From an archaeon (lineage in GTDB: Archaea; B1Sed10-29; JAJRYS01), in assembly GCA_038736665.1 (NCBI GenBank), contig JAVYMF010000002.1, forward strand, positions 1 through 36,028: a stretch of 36,028 bases of DNA, read 5' to 3'. Both the position numbers and the translations under genes were made by a program. Of the stretch, positions 16,944 through 25,391 are shown piece after piece. How positions within the stretch are numbered: the stretch's first letter is position 1; each line of letters opens with the position of its first letter. The notes beneath the pieces were generated by a model, which ran no database searches, was not told the origin of the DNA, and worked only from the letters and a program-made list of their open reading frames with translations.

Positions 16944-18421
16944 GCTTCCACTTCCTTATCGAAACGAATTACACTGATGCGTCCGTACTTCGTTTCGATA
17001 ACTGGCACGATGCAAGGCGTTGCTTTGTGCCCTTGTTTTATTTGATATTCTGTAAGGGCTTGCCACGTTCCGGCATTTATGCACAACGTTCCCCTGTACT
17101 GCTCGTAAGAATTGTTGTGGCTCTCGCCGCATACAAAAATGTCAGGCACGTCCTCTATAACCATCACGTCGTTCGGCTCAGGCGTTATCGGCTTGCCGCT
17201 GTAAAACGGATGCACGTGCCTGCGTTTCAATAACTCTACCATCATTTTCGCGCCTGCATCGAACTTTGAGTTAGGGATGTTATTTATTATGTCTATGAAG
17301 CACGTTCCGTGGTAAATGAGCACTTTCAGACCGTGCACGTTCACGAGTGCCGGACTGCTTACGAGCGTGACGTTCTTCGTTTCGTACAGTTCAGGCACTA
17401 GCTCGCGAGGGAGGGGCGGTTGCGGGTCAGAGGTTTTCACAGCGTCATGATTTCCCGGCGAGATTATTACTTGTATGTGAGGGGGAATCTGTTTGACGTA
17501 TTCCGTGAACGTCTTGTACTGCTCGAAAATGTCCGTAATTAACAGCTCTTCTTCCTGCTTCGGGTATATCCCTATTCCGTCCACAAGGTCGCCTGCCATG
17601 CAGACATACTTCACTTTCGCTGCTATTTCCCTCTGTTTTTCGTTGCCGCGTTTTCCGTTTATCCATTCTATGAACTGCTCGAAGTTTTTTTTCATGAAAA
17701 GCCTGGAGCCCACGTGAATGTCGGAAATCATCACTATACCTATGTCGTCTTCCGTCGTTTTGACTTCTTTCAGAGGGATATCCGGCTGATGAATGCTTTC
17801 TGCTATGAAGAGCTCGCTTTTTTGAGAGCCTTCTATTGCGATGATTTCGTCCGGCATGATTTTCTCGCAGAAAGAGACGAGCTCGCGGTTGCTCGAAGGG
17901 ACCAGCACGCTCGCGACGCCGGTCGGGTCTTCCGCGCTTATGAACACGTGCCCATTTTTAGTCGTGCGTTTTTCCGTGACCATTACGATTATTTTCACTT
18001 TTTCGCCGCGGTGCTTCTTCAGGTTCTCGACGCTTGTCAATGACAGCTGCCCGCGGTTTGCCAGCATTTTTGATATTTTTTCGTACCTGTTCCTGAAGTG
18101 CGCCACAAAATCGTCGAAAGTGCCTTTGGATGTTTTTCCGCCGTTCAGTCCAGTGATTATGGTCACTTGCGCGGGTATGTTTTTCCACAGAGGCCTGAAG
18201 TCCGGAGACGCGTCTTCTTCGGTTTTTTCTGCCGGCGCTAGCTTGGTCTTTTCCTTGACTTCAAGAGTTCCGGCATCTATTATTGGTTCTTCGCCGACGT
18301 TTGAAAGAGCAGTATGCAGCATTTCGTCCGGATTTTGGGCTTCTTTTATTTTTTTAAGGGCTTATGCAGTGATTATGTACCCTTTTTCCTGCAGTTCTTT
18401 CACGATTTCTTCCGGACTCAT
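16940..18421 (-). CDS. polB: DNA polymerase D small subunit DP1 (in-frame TAA at codon 20; the intact frame restarts at ATG 18322)
   Basis: FRNRY, OB fold with EDPTG, phosphoesterase motifs SDIHVGS, GDLVDGIG, PGNHD, YHG, HVHP; upstream in-frame MSPEEIVKELQEKGYIITA*ALKK with SD-like GAAGTGATC. Confidence 0.92.
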
Positions 18422-18550
18422 CGCTGATCACTTCAGATGCGCCGACAGGCATTGTGCCTTTATCTCGCGAGCGCCATCCTTTTTCCAGGCTGCGTCAGAA
18501 AAAGACTTGTCGAACAGATGATATTTTTTGCGCGGTTTTGAAATAAATAA

Positions 18551-19618
18551 TTATCTTGTTATTTCAAGACTCTTGTACACTTCCAGGAACTCAGAGTGTT
18601 TTTCGAAGTGCTCCCTCAGGGGTTTTATTATCTGGTTAAGCTCTTCGCTTACTGCGTTTTTCAGGTCAGCAGGGTGCAGCTGTCCGAGCGAATAAGCTTT
18701 TTCAAGCTCTTCGAACGAATGGTATTCAGCATTACCGCCGAATTTAGCTGGCCTTTCGACGAACAGCGTTCCTTTCTCGCGGAACACGAAATGCTTCGCG
18801 TAATCTAAGATAGGATTGTTCTCAACGGTTTTTTCAGGGCACCATGCCTTGGCTATTTTCTTGCGTATCTCGTCTTCGCTGTCATGTATAAATATGCATG
18901 TCCAGGGCTTGCTTTTACTCATTTTTGATGCTACGACTTTTTCTTCTTTGCTTCTTCCCCCCACTTCCGGCTCGCCGAGTCCGGGGGCGAGATGGTGGTG
19001 AACTGCAATGGGCTTTTTCCAGCCCATTTTAGGATAGATTTCGCGCGCCAGTACGTGCGCGCTTCTCTGGTCCATTCCTGCGTGCGCTATGTCAGCGCCT
19101 ATCGTGCGGATGTCGACGGCCTGCATCGGAGGGTACAGGAACGACGCTACGTCAAGCTTGTCCTTCTCGGTCCTACCCATTATGGGCAGGCAACGAGTCG
19201 CCCTGTTCATGTTCACGTTCTTCGAGAACTTTATGACGTTCATCCAGAACTCGTCGTTGTTGTGGTACAAGTCCGTGGCATGCACCGTTTTTAGCCCGGG
19301 GCAGAACAAGCGGAAAGCCTCATCGTAGTACTTGCTTGCTTCGACGAGGTTCTCCCATTTTCCCCCGAGCTTGTTGTTTATTAGGCTGTGGAAATGAGCG
19401 AAGTATACTTGGCACTTCACGCCGGCTTTGATGAAGTCGTTTATTTTGTAGCCTGAAAGTATCAGAGAGCCTATGTGCAAGAAGCCAGAAACTTCGTAGC
19501 CGATGTAATGACGGGGATGGTCGTTAGTTTCCAGCAGCTCTTTCAGCTCTTGTTCTACAAGCACCTCTTCCGTAGGCTGCTTTTTTATCAGCGCTATTTT
19601 GGTCGTTACGTCCATCAT
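18551..19618 (-). CDS. tyrS: Tyrosine--tRNA ligase
   Basis: YIGYEVSGFLHIG (HIGH-like), YPPMQAVDI, GMDQR, KMSKS; start overlaps the upstream stop (ATGA). Confidence 0.96.
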   Translation of the reverse strand: MMDVTTKIALIKKQPTEEVLVEQELKELLETNDHPRHYIGYEVSGFLHIGSLILSGYKINDFIKAGVKCQVYFAHFHSLINNKLGGKWENLVEASKYYDEAFRLFCPGLKTVHATDLYHNNDEFWMNVIKFSKNVNMNRATRCLPIMGRTEKDKLDVASFLYPPMQAVDIRTIGADIAHAGMDQRSAHVLAREIYPKMGWKKPIAVHHHLAPGLGEPEVGGRSKEEKVVASKMSKSKPWTCIFIHDSEDEIRKKIAKAWCPEKTVENNPILDYAKHFVFREKGTLFVERPAKFGGNAEYHSFEELEKAYSLGQLHPADLKNAVSEELNQIIKPLREHFEKHSEFLEVYKSLEITR

Positions 19619-19878
19619 TTCATCTCTTCTTTCAAGCGCTCTAGCTCGGACACGATGCTCCAAATAGACGTTCGCACGTGGAACGGCATATTGATGTCGT
19701 TCGAAACGTCTTCAAGGGAGTAAATCGCTGACGCGAGATTGACATTCACGTCCCCGCCTTGGCAGATGCGGTTTTTTGCGTCCTCGACGGTCTTGCGGAT
19801 GTTTCGCGGGACGCTGGTGTCGTCTATTACTGGCTGCATCAAGTCGCATATCTGCTTTATTCTGTCATTAATGTCCAT
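19615..19878 (-). CDS. UPF0147 family protein
   Basis: DTSVPRNIRK, LEDVSNDINMPFHVRTSIW; SD GGTGAG. Confidence 0.9.
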   Translation of the reverse strand: MDINDRIKQICDLMQPVIDDTSVPRNIRKTVEDAKNRICQGGDVNVNLASAIYSLEDVSNDINMPFHVRTSIWSIVSELERLKEEMK

Positions 19879-19937
19879 GCGCTCACCCAAAAACTAGCTC
19901 TCACTATTCTATGGCGACGCTAATATAAAAAAGAGCA

Positions 19938-20858
19938 CTAAAAGAAAAATTTCATTATTTTCGCACGTAGCGACTCGACGTCGTCAGCATTCAGCGCGTT
20001 CACGCTGTAATCCGCGCCATAGTACTCTCCGGCGATGTCTTTTTTCGTTGCCACGACGAACATTCTCGGCTTGAAATCGCGTTCAATCTCGCGTTTCAGC
20101 GCTAGCTGCGCGTCCACGGAGTAGCCGCATGTCTCGCTCGGGTCTATTACGAAAAGAACGTTTTTTGAAAGATATTTGAGCGCCAGCAAAGCGCGCTTTT
20201 CAATCTCGTTACGCTGTTCTATCGGCCTATCCAGCACGCCGGGAGTGTCAACGACCTGCACGTCTGCATACCTATTTTTGACATAGCCTACGAGCAGCTC
20301 TTTCGTTGTAAAAGGATAGGGGGCTGTGGTTATTTTTTTTCCGCTCATCGTTTTTAGTATCTGCGACTTGCCGACGTTCGGGCAGCCGGCTATTATGATA
20401 GTGTCCATGCCCTTGAGTTTAGGAAGGGATGTGATTTCCTTTGAGAAGGACTCTATTGCGTCGAACCTCAGCTTTTTTACCAGCGACGTCATCCTCCCGT
20501 AGAACTCTTTTCGAATTTTGTCGCTTTCAATCCTGTTTTTCGCGTATTTGATGCGCAGGGACAGCTCGTTTTTCAGCTGCTTGAGTATACGCAACGCGGC
20601 TTTGATTTTCTCTGTTTCGCGGTTTTTTTCGCGGACGTCAACCATCGTTTCAACAAGCGCTTTCTCGAACTCGCTCAGTTCGGCGCTTGACATTCTCACG
20701 TAAGAGTTAAGGTAGCTTGCGACTATTGCGTGCGCTGTTTCTACGCGTATTACGTCGAGATCTATGAATTTTTTCTCGTCTTTCTCGTGGGACGTCTTTT
20801 TTGACGCGGCTTTTCGCGCTTCTTTGAAGGCGATTTCCAGGATCTCTTTTGCTTTCAT
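19938..20858 (-). CDS. NOG1-family GTP-binding protein
   Basis: G1 GCPNVGKS, G2 YPFTT, G3 DTPG, RNEIE, DPSETCGY, G4 TKKD. Confidence 0.93.
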   Translation of the reverse strand: MKAKEILEIAFKEARKAASKKTSHEKDEKKFIDLDVIRVETAHAIVASYLNSYVRMSSAELSEFEKALVETMVDVREKNRETEKIKAALRILKQLKNELSLRIKYAKNRIESDKIRKEFYGRMTSLVKKLRFDAIESFSKEITSLPKLKGMDTIIIAGCPNVGKSQILKTMSGKKITTAPYPFTTKELLVGYVKNRYADVQVVDTPGVLDRPIEQRNEIEKRALLALKYLSKNVLFVIDPSETCGYSVDAQLALKREIERDFKPRMFVVATKKDIAGEYYGADYSVNALNADDVESLRAKIMKFFF

Positions 20859-20861
20859 GGT

Positions 20862-21518
20862 TTAAAACCTGTCTATTAATTCTTGTTTTTTTGGCTTGCT
20901 GGCGTACTTGTCTTTTTTGCCGTTTTTCTGCGGGTTCCATATTAGCATATCTATTATGTAAATCTTGTTTTTGTGGGGGTCGTATATTGCGTTGGCCTCT
21001 GTTATATCCCCGAAGGGGTAGAATTCGTTGTGCTCTGCACCTCTTTTTTTTGCTTCTTTTATTATTAGGGCTTTAGTTTTCTCGAACATACTTTGTATTT
21101 TTTTCATGTTCTCAGGCGTGTCTTTCATGAATCTTACGATCGGGCCGTCAATCCGTTGCTCTTCCCACACTATCAGGCTTTCTCCGTTTCTCCCAACGCG
21201 CTTAGTTATTCTTATCGGCTTAGGGACAGGCAGTCCTGCTGAATGCAGGGTTCTTTGGAATTTCAGCCTGCGAACCAAATTGTCAAAAGTTATTGTTCCC
21301 AGCGCATTCTCTCGGCTTTCTTCGTAATGTTTTTCAACTGTTTGTCGCAATGGACTTATTTTGTGGTATACTGCGGTGGCTTCTTCTCCTTTTACTTCTT
21401 CTTTCAATGTCTTAGTGCGCAGTGACGGCGGAATCTCGCCAACCCTTGTGTAAAACTTCATTTTCTTGGACAAACGGCTCTTTTCCCTTCGAGGTTGTTT
21501 TTTCACTCCGACAGTCAT
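20862..21518 (-). CDS. Basic protein-kinase-like (RIO/Kdo-like fold) protein
   Basis: LHSAGLPVPKP, EQRIDG, GDITEANAIY, IYIID correspond to PKL subdomains; Lys/Arg-rich; A/T-richer than neighbours. Confidence 0.55.
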   Translation of the reverse strand: MTVGVKKQPRREKSRLSKKMKFYTRVGEIPPSLRTKTLKEEVKGEEATAVYHKISPLRQTVEKHYEESRENALGTITFDNLVRRLKFQRTLHSAGLPVPKPIRITKRVGRNGESLIVWEEQRIDGPIVRFMKDTPENMKKIQSMFEKTKALIIKEAKKRGAEHNEFYPFGDITEANAIYDPHKNKIYIIDMLIWNPQKNGKKDKYASKPKKQELIDRF

Positions 21519-21591
21519 GCTTGGATTATGCTTTTTGCCTTAAATAACGTTTTATATACTCGTTTCCCGTTAATTGTATGCAGTGATTCGC

Positions 21592-22299
21592 ATGAAATTT
21601 GTTCTTTCATCGTTCTTGGTTGTGCTATTGTCAGCTACGGCGATGTCCGCGTGCTCTGATTACGTGAGCATAGCCGAAAGCAGGCTTATTCCCCCTTACC
21701 CGAATTACTTCGGGGCGGCAGGGGAGTATGTGCACGCCGCTGACTGCTATTACGCCGAAGGAAATATTGGCATCGCTAATTTTTACTACAAGCAGGCCGG
21801 AGACGACTACATTCTCGCGGCAGGCGAGCTAGTTGCTGGCGGCGATTATTACCAGCGCGCGAAATCATACGAGATGGCAGCCGACGCTTACGCGCGAGCA
21901 GGCCTGAAAAACAAGGCCACAGAGTATTACTCAAGAGCCTTGGCAGAGTTCAACAAGCATTATTACACTCAGGAAGCTTCGCTGGTCCAAGGGAAGATTG
22001 ATTCATTGGCAGGAAAACAATCCGCCGAGTTCATAGGAATCATAGGCCTTGTTTCGCTGATGGCTTTGTTTGTAAGCTTTTTCGCGCTTTTGTACATGTT
22101 CGCAACGAAGCTCGAAATAAGAGAGAAGCTGCGCGAGATGAAAGCATCGCGCCCGCCATCGCCCCCTCCGATAGTTAAGAGGAGCGCCGAGCAGTTTCGC
22201 TCGCCCATAATTCCGAAGCGCGAGCCTGAGCCGCGCATTCCGACGGCAAAAGAAAAGATGGCTCAGAAGCTGCGCGAGAAATACATGCCAAAGTATTAA
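21592..22299 (+). CDS. Type I membrane protein with TPR/SNAP-like extracellular helices and a Pro-rich basic tail
   Basis: Signal peptide MKFVLSSFLVVLLSATAMSA, A..Y..AA..Y repeats, TM FIGIIGLVSLMALFVSFFALLYMFA, RPPSPPP tail. Confidence 0.7.
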   Translation: MKFVLSSFLVVLLSATAMSACSDYVSIAESRLIPPYPNYFGAAGEYVHAADCYYAEGNIGIANFYYKQAGDDYILAAGELVAGGDYYQRAKSYEMAADAYARAGLKNKATEYYSRALAEFNKHYYTQEASLVQGKIDSLAGKQSAEFIGIIGLVSLMALFVSFFALLYMFATKLEIREKLREMKASRPPSPPPIVKRSAEQFRSPIIPKREPEPRIPTAKEKMAQKLREKYMPKY

Positions 22300-22325
22300 A
22301 ACCATTGGCATTCAAGGTTAGTAGC

Positions 22326-24020
22326 ATGGACGCTGATTTTGAAATAAAAGACAGGGATTTAGCAGCTCGCATAGGGCGCCTGCGCACTTCGCACGGCTTC
22401 ATGGAAACGCCGACGATTCTTCCGGTGATTAACCCAGGTAAGATGACTGTCAAGCCTTCTGATATGAAGAAGTTTGGGGCAGAGGGAATAATCACGAACT
22501 CGTATATCCTGTGGAAGAACCACCAGGAGGAAGTGCTAGAGCGAGGTGTGCATGAATTCCTCGGATACAGAGGGCCAGTGATGACTGACTCTGGGGCTTT
22601 TCAGCTGATGGAATACGGGGACTTAGAGGTAACTAATGAGGAAATAATCGACTTCCAGAAGAGGATAGGCGTTGACATCGGCGTCATTTTAGACATCCCG
22701 ACGAAAAGCGAGAAATACGATGACGTTGAAAGATGCGTCGACGAAACTATTAAGCGAGCGCGCGAATCGCAGGCTTTAATTAAGGACGACGGAATTCTTT
22801 GGAGCGGGCCAGTGCAGGGAAGCATTCACGATGATTTGCTTAAGCGTTGCGCTAAAGAAATGGCTTCTTTGGACTTCGCCGTCCATCCCATAGGCTCTGT
22901 TGTACCCCTTCTTGTCCAGTACAAGTTCGCGCCGCACATCAAAATAATACGCGCGGCCAAAGAAATCCTGCCCGCAAACCGTCCAGTGCATTTGTTCGGC
23001 GCTGGGCACCCTATGTTTTTCGCTTTCGCAGTCGCACTAGGTGTTGACTTGTTTGACTCTGCGGCGTACGCGCTTTACGCGAAAGACAAACGTTATCTTA
23101 CTCAGTACGGGACGAAGCGTTTTGATGAGCTGACGTACTTGCCTTGCTCTTGCCCAATTTGCTCTACGCATTCATTGAACGAATTTAACGAGCAAAAATT
23201 GGCGATGCACAATCTCTATGTTACGTTTGAGGAGATTCGCACGATAAAACAGGCTATCAGGGATAAGACTCTGTTCGAACTGCTGGAGCAGCGCGCACAC
23301 ACGCATCCTGAAGTGTTTCGGGCGATGGAAGCGTTCGTCAAGGAAACGGCGTACATAAGCAAGTACGACCCGATTACCAAACCACATATGTTCTACTTGT
23401 CAAAATTCTCTAAGCACCGCACGGAGTTCGCTCGCGCTAAAAAACGCATTCTTCCGATAAAATCTCGAACTCAGCCTCTGGAGCTGTTCGGGAGGGTGCC
23501 TATCAGCGTGCTCGAGTGCTATCCGTTCTCGCAGACAGAGGACGGCTCTGAGCAGGAAAAAGAAAAGTCGAAGAACAACTTCGCTAAAATAAGGGACGTT
23601 TCTCTGTACTGGTTTGGTGTAAATATATTCAAGGAAACTGACCGCATACGCGTTTCGCCGAAAACGAAGAAAATTCGCGAGGTTTACGAAGGAGGTCGCG
23701 TAATAGCGTCGTTCCGCGCGAGCGATTTCATGATTCTCCTACATGAAGGCGCGAAAAGGCTGTTCGAGAAGTCGTCCGAAGGCAGGGTCGTTGTTCGCGA
23801 CGACGTTTCGCCGTTTATACGTGACGGAAAATCAGTGTTCGCTAAGCACGTTGTGAAATGCGATAAAAAAATTATTCCAGGTCAGCAGGTTCTCGTCGTT
23901 AGCGAGGGCGGCGATTTGCTCGCTTCTGGCGAGGCTATGATGAACGAGAAAGAAATGAAAGATTTCAAGCGCGGCGTTGCCGTGAGCGTGCGGTGGGGGA
24001 ACAAAGGGGCTAAGAAGTAG
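22326..24020 (+). CDS. tgtA: Archaeosine tRNA-guanine(15) transglycosylase
   Basis: ETPTILPVINP, MTDSGAFQ, HLFGAGHP, DLFDSAAY, CSCPIC zinc site, C-terminal PUA domain. Confidence 0.96.
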   Translation: MDADFEIKDRDLAARIGRLRTSHGFMETPTILPVINPGKMTVKPSDMKKFGAEGIITNSYILWKNHQEEVLERGVHEFLGYRGPVMTDSGAFQLMEYGDLEVTNEEIIDFQKRIGVDIGVILDIPTKSEKYDDVERCVDETIKRARESQALIKDDGILWSGPVQGSIHDDLLKRCAKEMASLDFAVHPIGSVVPLLVQYKFAPHIKIIRAAKEILPANRPVHLFGAGHPMFFAFAVALGVDLFDSAAYALYAKDKRYLTQYGTKRFDELTYLPCSCPICSTHSLNEFNEQKLAMHNLYVTFEEIRTIKQAIRDKTLFELLEQRAHTHPEVFRAMEAFVKETAYISKYDPITKPHMFYLSKFSKHRTEFARAKKRILPIKSRTQPLELFGRVPISVLECYPFSQTEDGSEQEKEKSKNNFAKIRDVSLYWFGVNIFKETDRIRVSPKTKKIREVYEGGRVIASFRASDFMILLHEGAKRLFEKSSEGRVVVRDDVSPFIRDGKSVFAKHVVKCDKKIIPGQQVLVVSEGGDLLASGEAMMNEKEMKDFKRGVAVSVRWGNKGAKK

Positions 24021-24176
24021 GGCTCACGTTATGTATATGGGGCCTTTATAAATATATGCTTTTCTTGGGTTTTGTTTATAAACCGTGTTTTTATACCGTT
24101 TCCGCAGCAAATAATAGTGGGTGGGCCGCACTTTTTTTTAAATTTCCCTCAGCCCGCTTGAGTTGGGGGTGAGCTG

Positions 24177-24491
24177 CTGAACCTTCCGGCAAGCGAAAAA
24201 TATCGGGTCGAACTGAGTCAAGGGAGCTTAGACACTGCGACGACAACGCAGGTCCTAAACGAAAGAAGCAAAAACGCGAAGCTGAAAGACAGGTATGCAG
24301 TCAAGGTTTTTCTAGGAGCCGCGATTGCAGGCGTTTCGCTCTGGTACCTGACGACAGTTTCGAGTCTTTCGTTCGTTGGGCTGGTCGCGGGAAGCGTTCT
24401 TGCGACTGACGCGTTCAACAAGCACGCGAAAGCGGCAAGCGACTTGAAGAAGTTCGACGAGAGCGTGTGGGTTAAGATAGAAGGGGACTAA
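24177..24491 (+). CDS. Small two-TM membrane protein (104 aa, probable CTG start)
   Basis: Not in the ORF track. Frame LNLPASEKYRVELSQG...VFLGAAIAGVSLWYLTTVSSLSFVGLVAGSVLA...WVKIEGD*; SD GGGGGTGA just upstream; T-tract after the stop. Confidence 0.65.
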   Translation: MNLPASEKYRVELSQGSLDTATTTQVLNERSKNAKLKDRYAVKVFLGAAIAGVSLWYLTTVSSLSFVGLVAGSVLATDAFNKHAKAASDLKKFDESVWVKIEGD

Positions 24492-24499
24492 CAATCCCC

Positions 24500-24512
24500 T
24501 TTTTTGTTTTTT
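24500..24512 (+). terminator. Oligo-T archaeal terminator candidate
   Basis: TTTTTTGTTTTTT shortly after TAA 24491, at a convergent junction. Confidence 0.4.
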
Positions 24513-24657
24513 ACATAGTTTCCCAAGAGGCCATTTTTTTCTTCCGTTCCAGTAATGCGTTCAGTTTGCGCTCCAGCTCTATCCTGCCTAAGTGCGATTT
24601 TGTAGCCTCGATTTTTATCTGCAGTTCTTTTATTTCCTCGTCAATGTTTCTTGTCAT
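24511..24657 (-). CDS. 48-aa coiled-coil small protein
   Basis: MTRNIDEEIKELQIKIEATKSHLGRIELERKLNALLERKKKMASWETM; SD GGTGA; 17 nt downstream of trmI. Confidence 0.7.
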   Translation of the reverse strand: MTRNIDEEIKELQIKIEATKSHLGRIELERKLNALLERKKKMASWETM

Positions 24658-24674
24658 ATTATCACCGTGCGCTG

Positions 24675-25391
24675 TCATTTTTTTCTCGCCCAGACGAAAA
24701 AGCCCGGGAATCCTAACAGCCCTTTAACGCGAGCGTACTTTTTAACTATTATCTCCAGAGTGCTTAGCTGTATCGCGCGGATATTCATGAACCCGAGGCG
24801 CTCCATTGTTCGCCACACTGGTTTGATGTCGTCCATTATGGGGGAGTACACTCCGGCGAACCCCCCTTTTTTCAGGGAATAAAACGTTTTTTCAAGCGCT
24901 TTGCTCGGGTTCTGGAGGTCAAGGAATATGACGTCGTAACTATTTTTTTTCAGCTTTGCTTTTGTCACGTCGGCGTTTTTCAGCCGGACGTTTTCGTATC
25001 CTCTTAGGTTCTTCTGTGCGATTTCAAAGAAGCGCTTCTCTGCTTCGAACGAGTCGACGTTCGCCCCGAGCTCAGCCATGAAAAGCGCGTTTCCACCGCT
25101 ACCTGTGCCTGCTTCAAGCACTTTCGCGCCTGGTCGCACACTCAAGAGCGCGCACATCACGCCCGAGTCGTACGGGTAAATTGGGCGGGCGCCCATTTTC
25201 ATCGTTTCAACGCGTTCCAAGAGACTTGTTTCGTACGCGTCGAACTCGTATCCTGAGTGAGTTTTGAGTTTACCAGCACGTTTATTAAAGCCCTTTTGTC
25301 TAATAATTCCGTATTCCGTGTTCTCATTTGTTTCAGGAGAGATGTTCCGGAATATTTTCTTCCCGTTTTTATCTACCAGCAAGGTGTTCAT
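24675..25391 (-). CDS. trmI: tRNA (adenine-N1)-methyltransferase TrmI/GCD14 family
   Basis: ARPIYPYD, VLEAGTGSG, IFLDL, VYSP; ATG 25391 with TTATAA about 23 nt upstream. Confidence 0.85.
   Translation of the reverse strand: MNTLLVDKNGKKIFRNISPETNENTEYGIIRQKGFNKRAGKLKTHSGYEFDAYETSLLERVETMKMGARPIYPYDSGVMCALLSVRPGAKVLEAGTGSGGNALFMAELGANVDSFEAEKRFFEIAQKNLRGYENVRLKNADVTKAKLKKNSYDVIFLDLQNPSKALEKTFYSLKKGGFAGVYSPIMDDIKPVWRTMERLGFMNIRAIQLSTLEIIVKKYARVKGLLGFPGFFVWARKK

Noticed and set aside
18362-18364. Genome-wide reassignment of TAA
   Set aside because: TAA ends many conserved genes here at the expected positions (asnS, fttA, tyrS, sepF, secD).
682-18521. Long antisense or alternative-frame ORFs (e.g. 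682-1218, 5287-5997, 9572-10147, 13606-14244, 17841-18521)
   Set aside because: They lie opposite well-conserved genes, have F/S-rich shadow composition and contain no recognisable motifs.
24218-24494. Minus-strand ORFs 24218-24421 and 24312-24494
   Set aside because: Better explained as shadows of the plus-strand SD/CTG frame 24177-24491.
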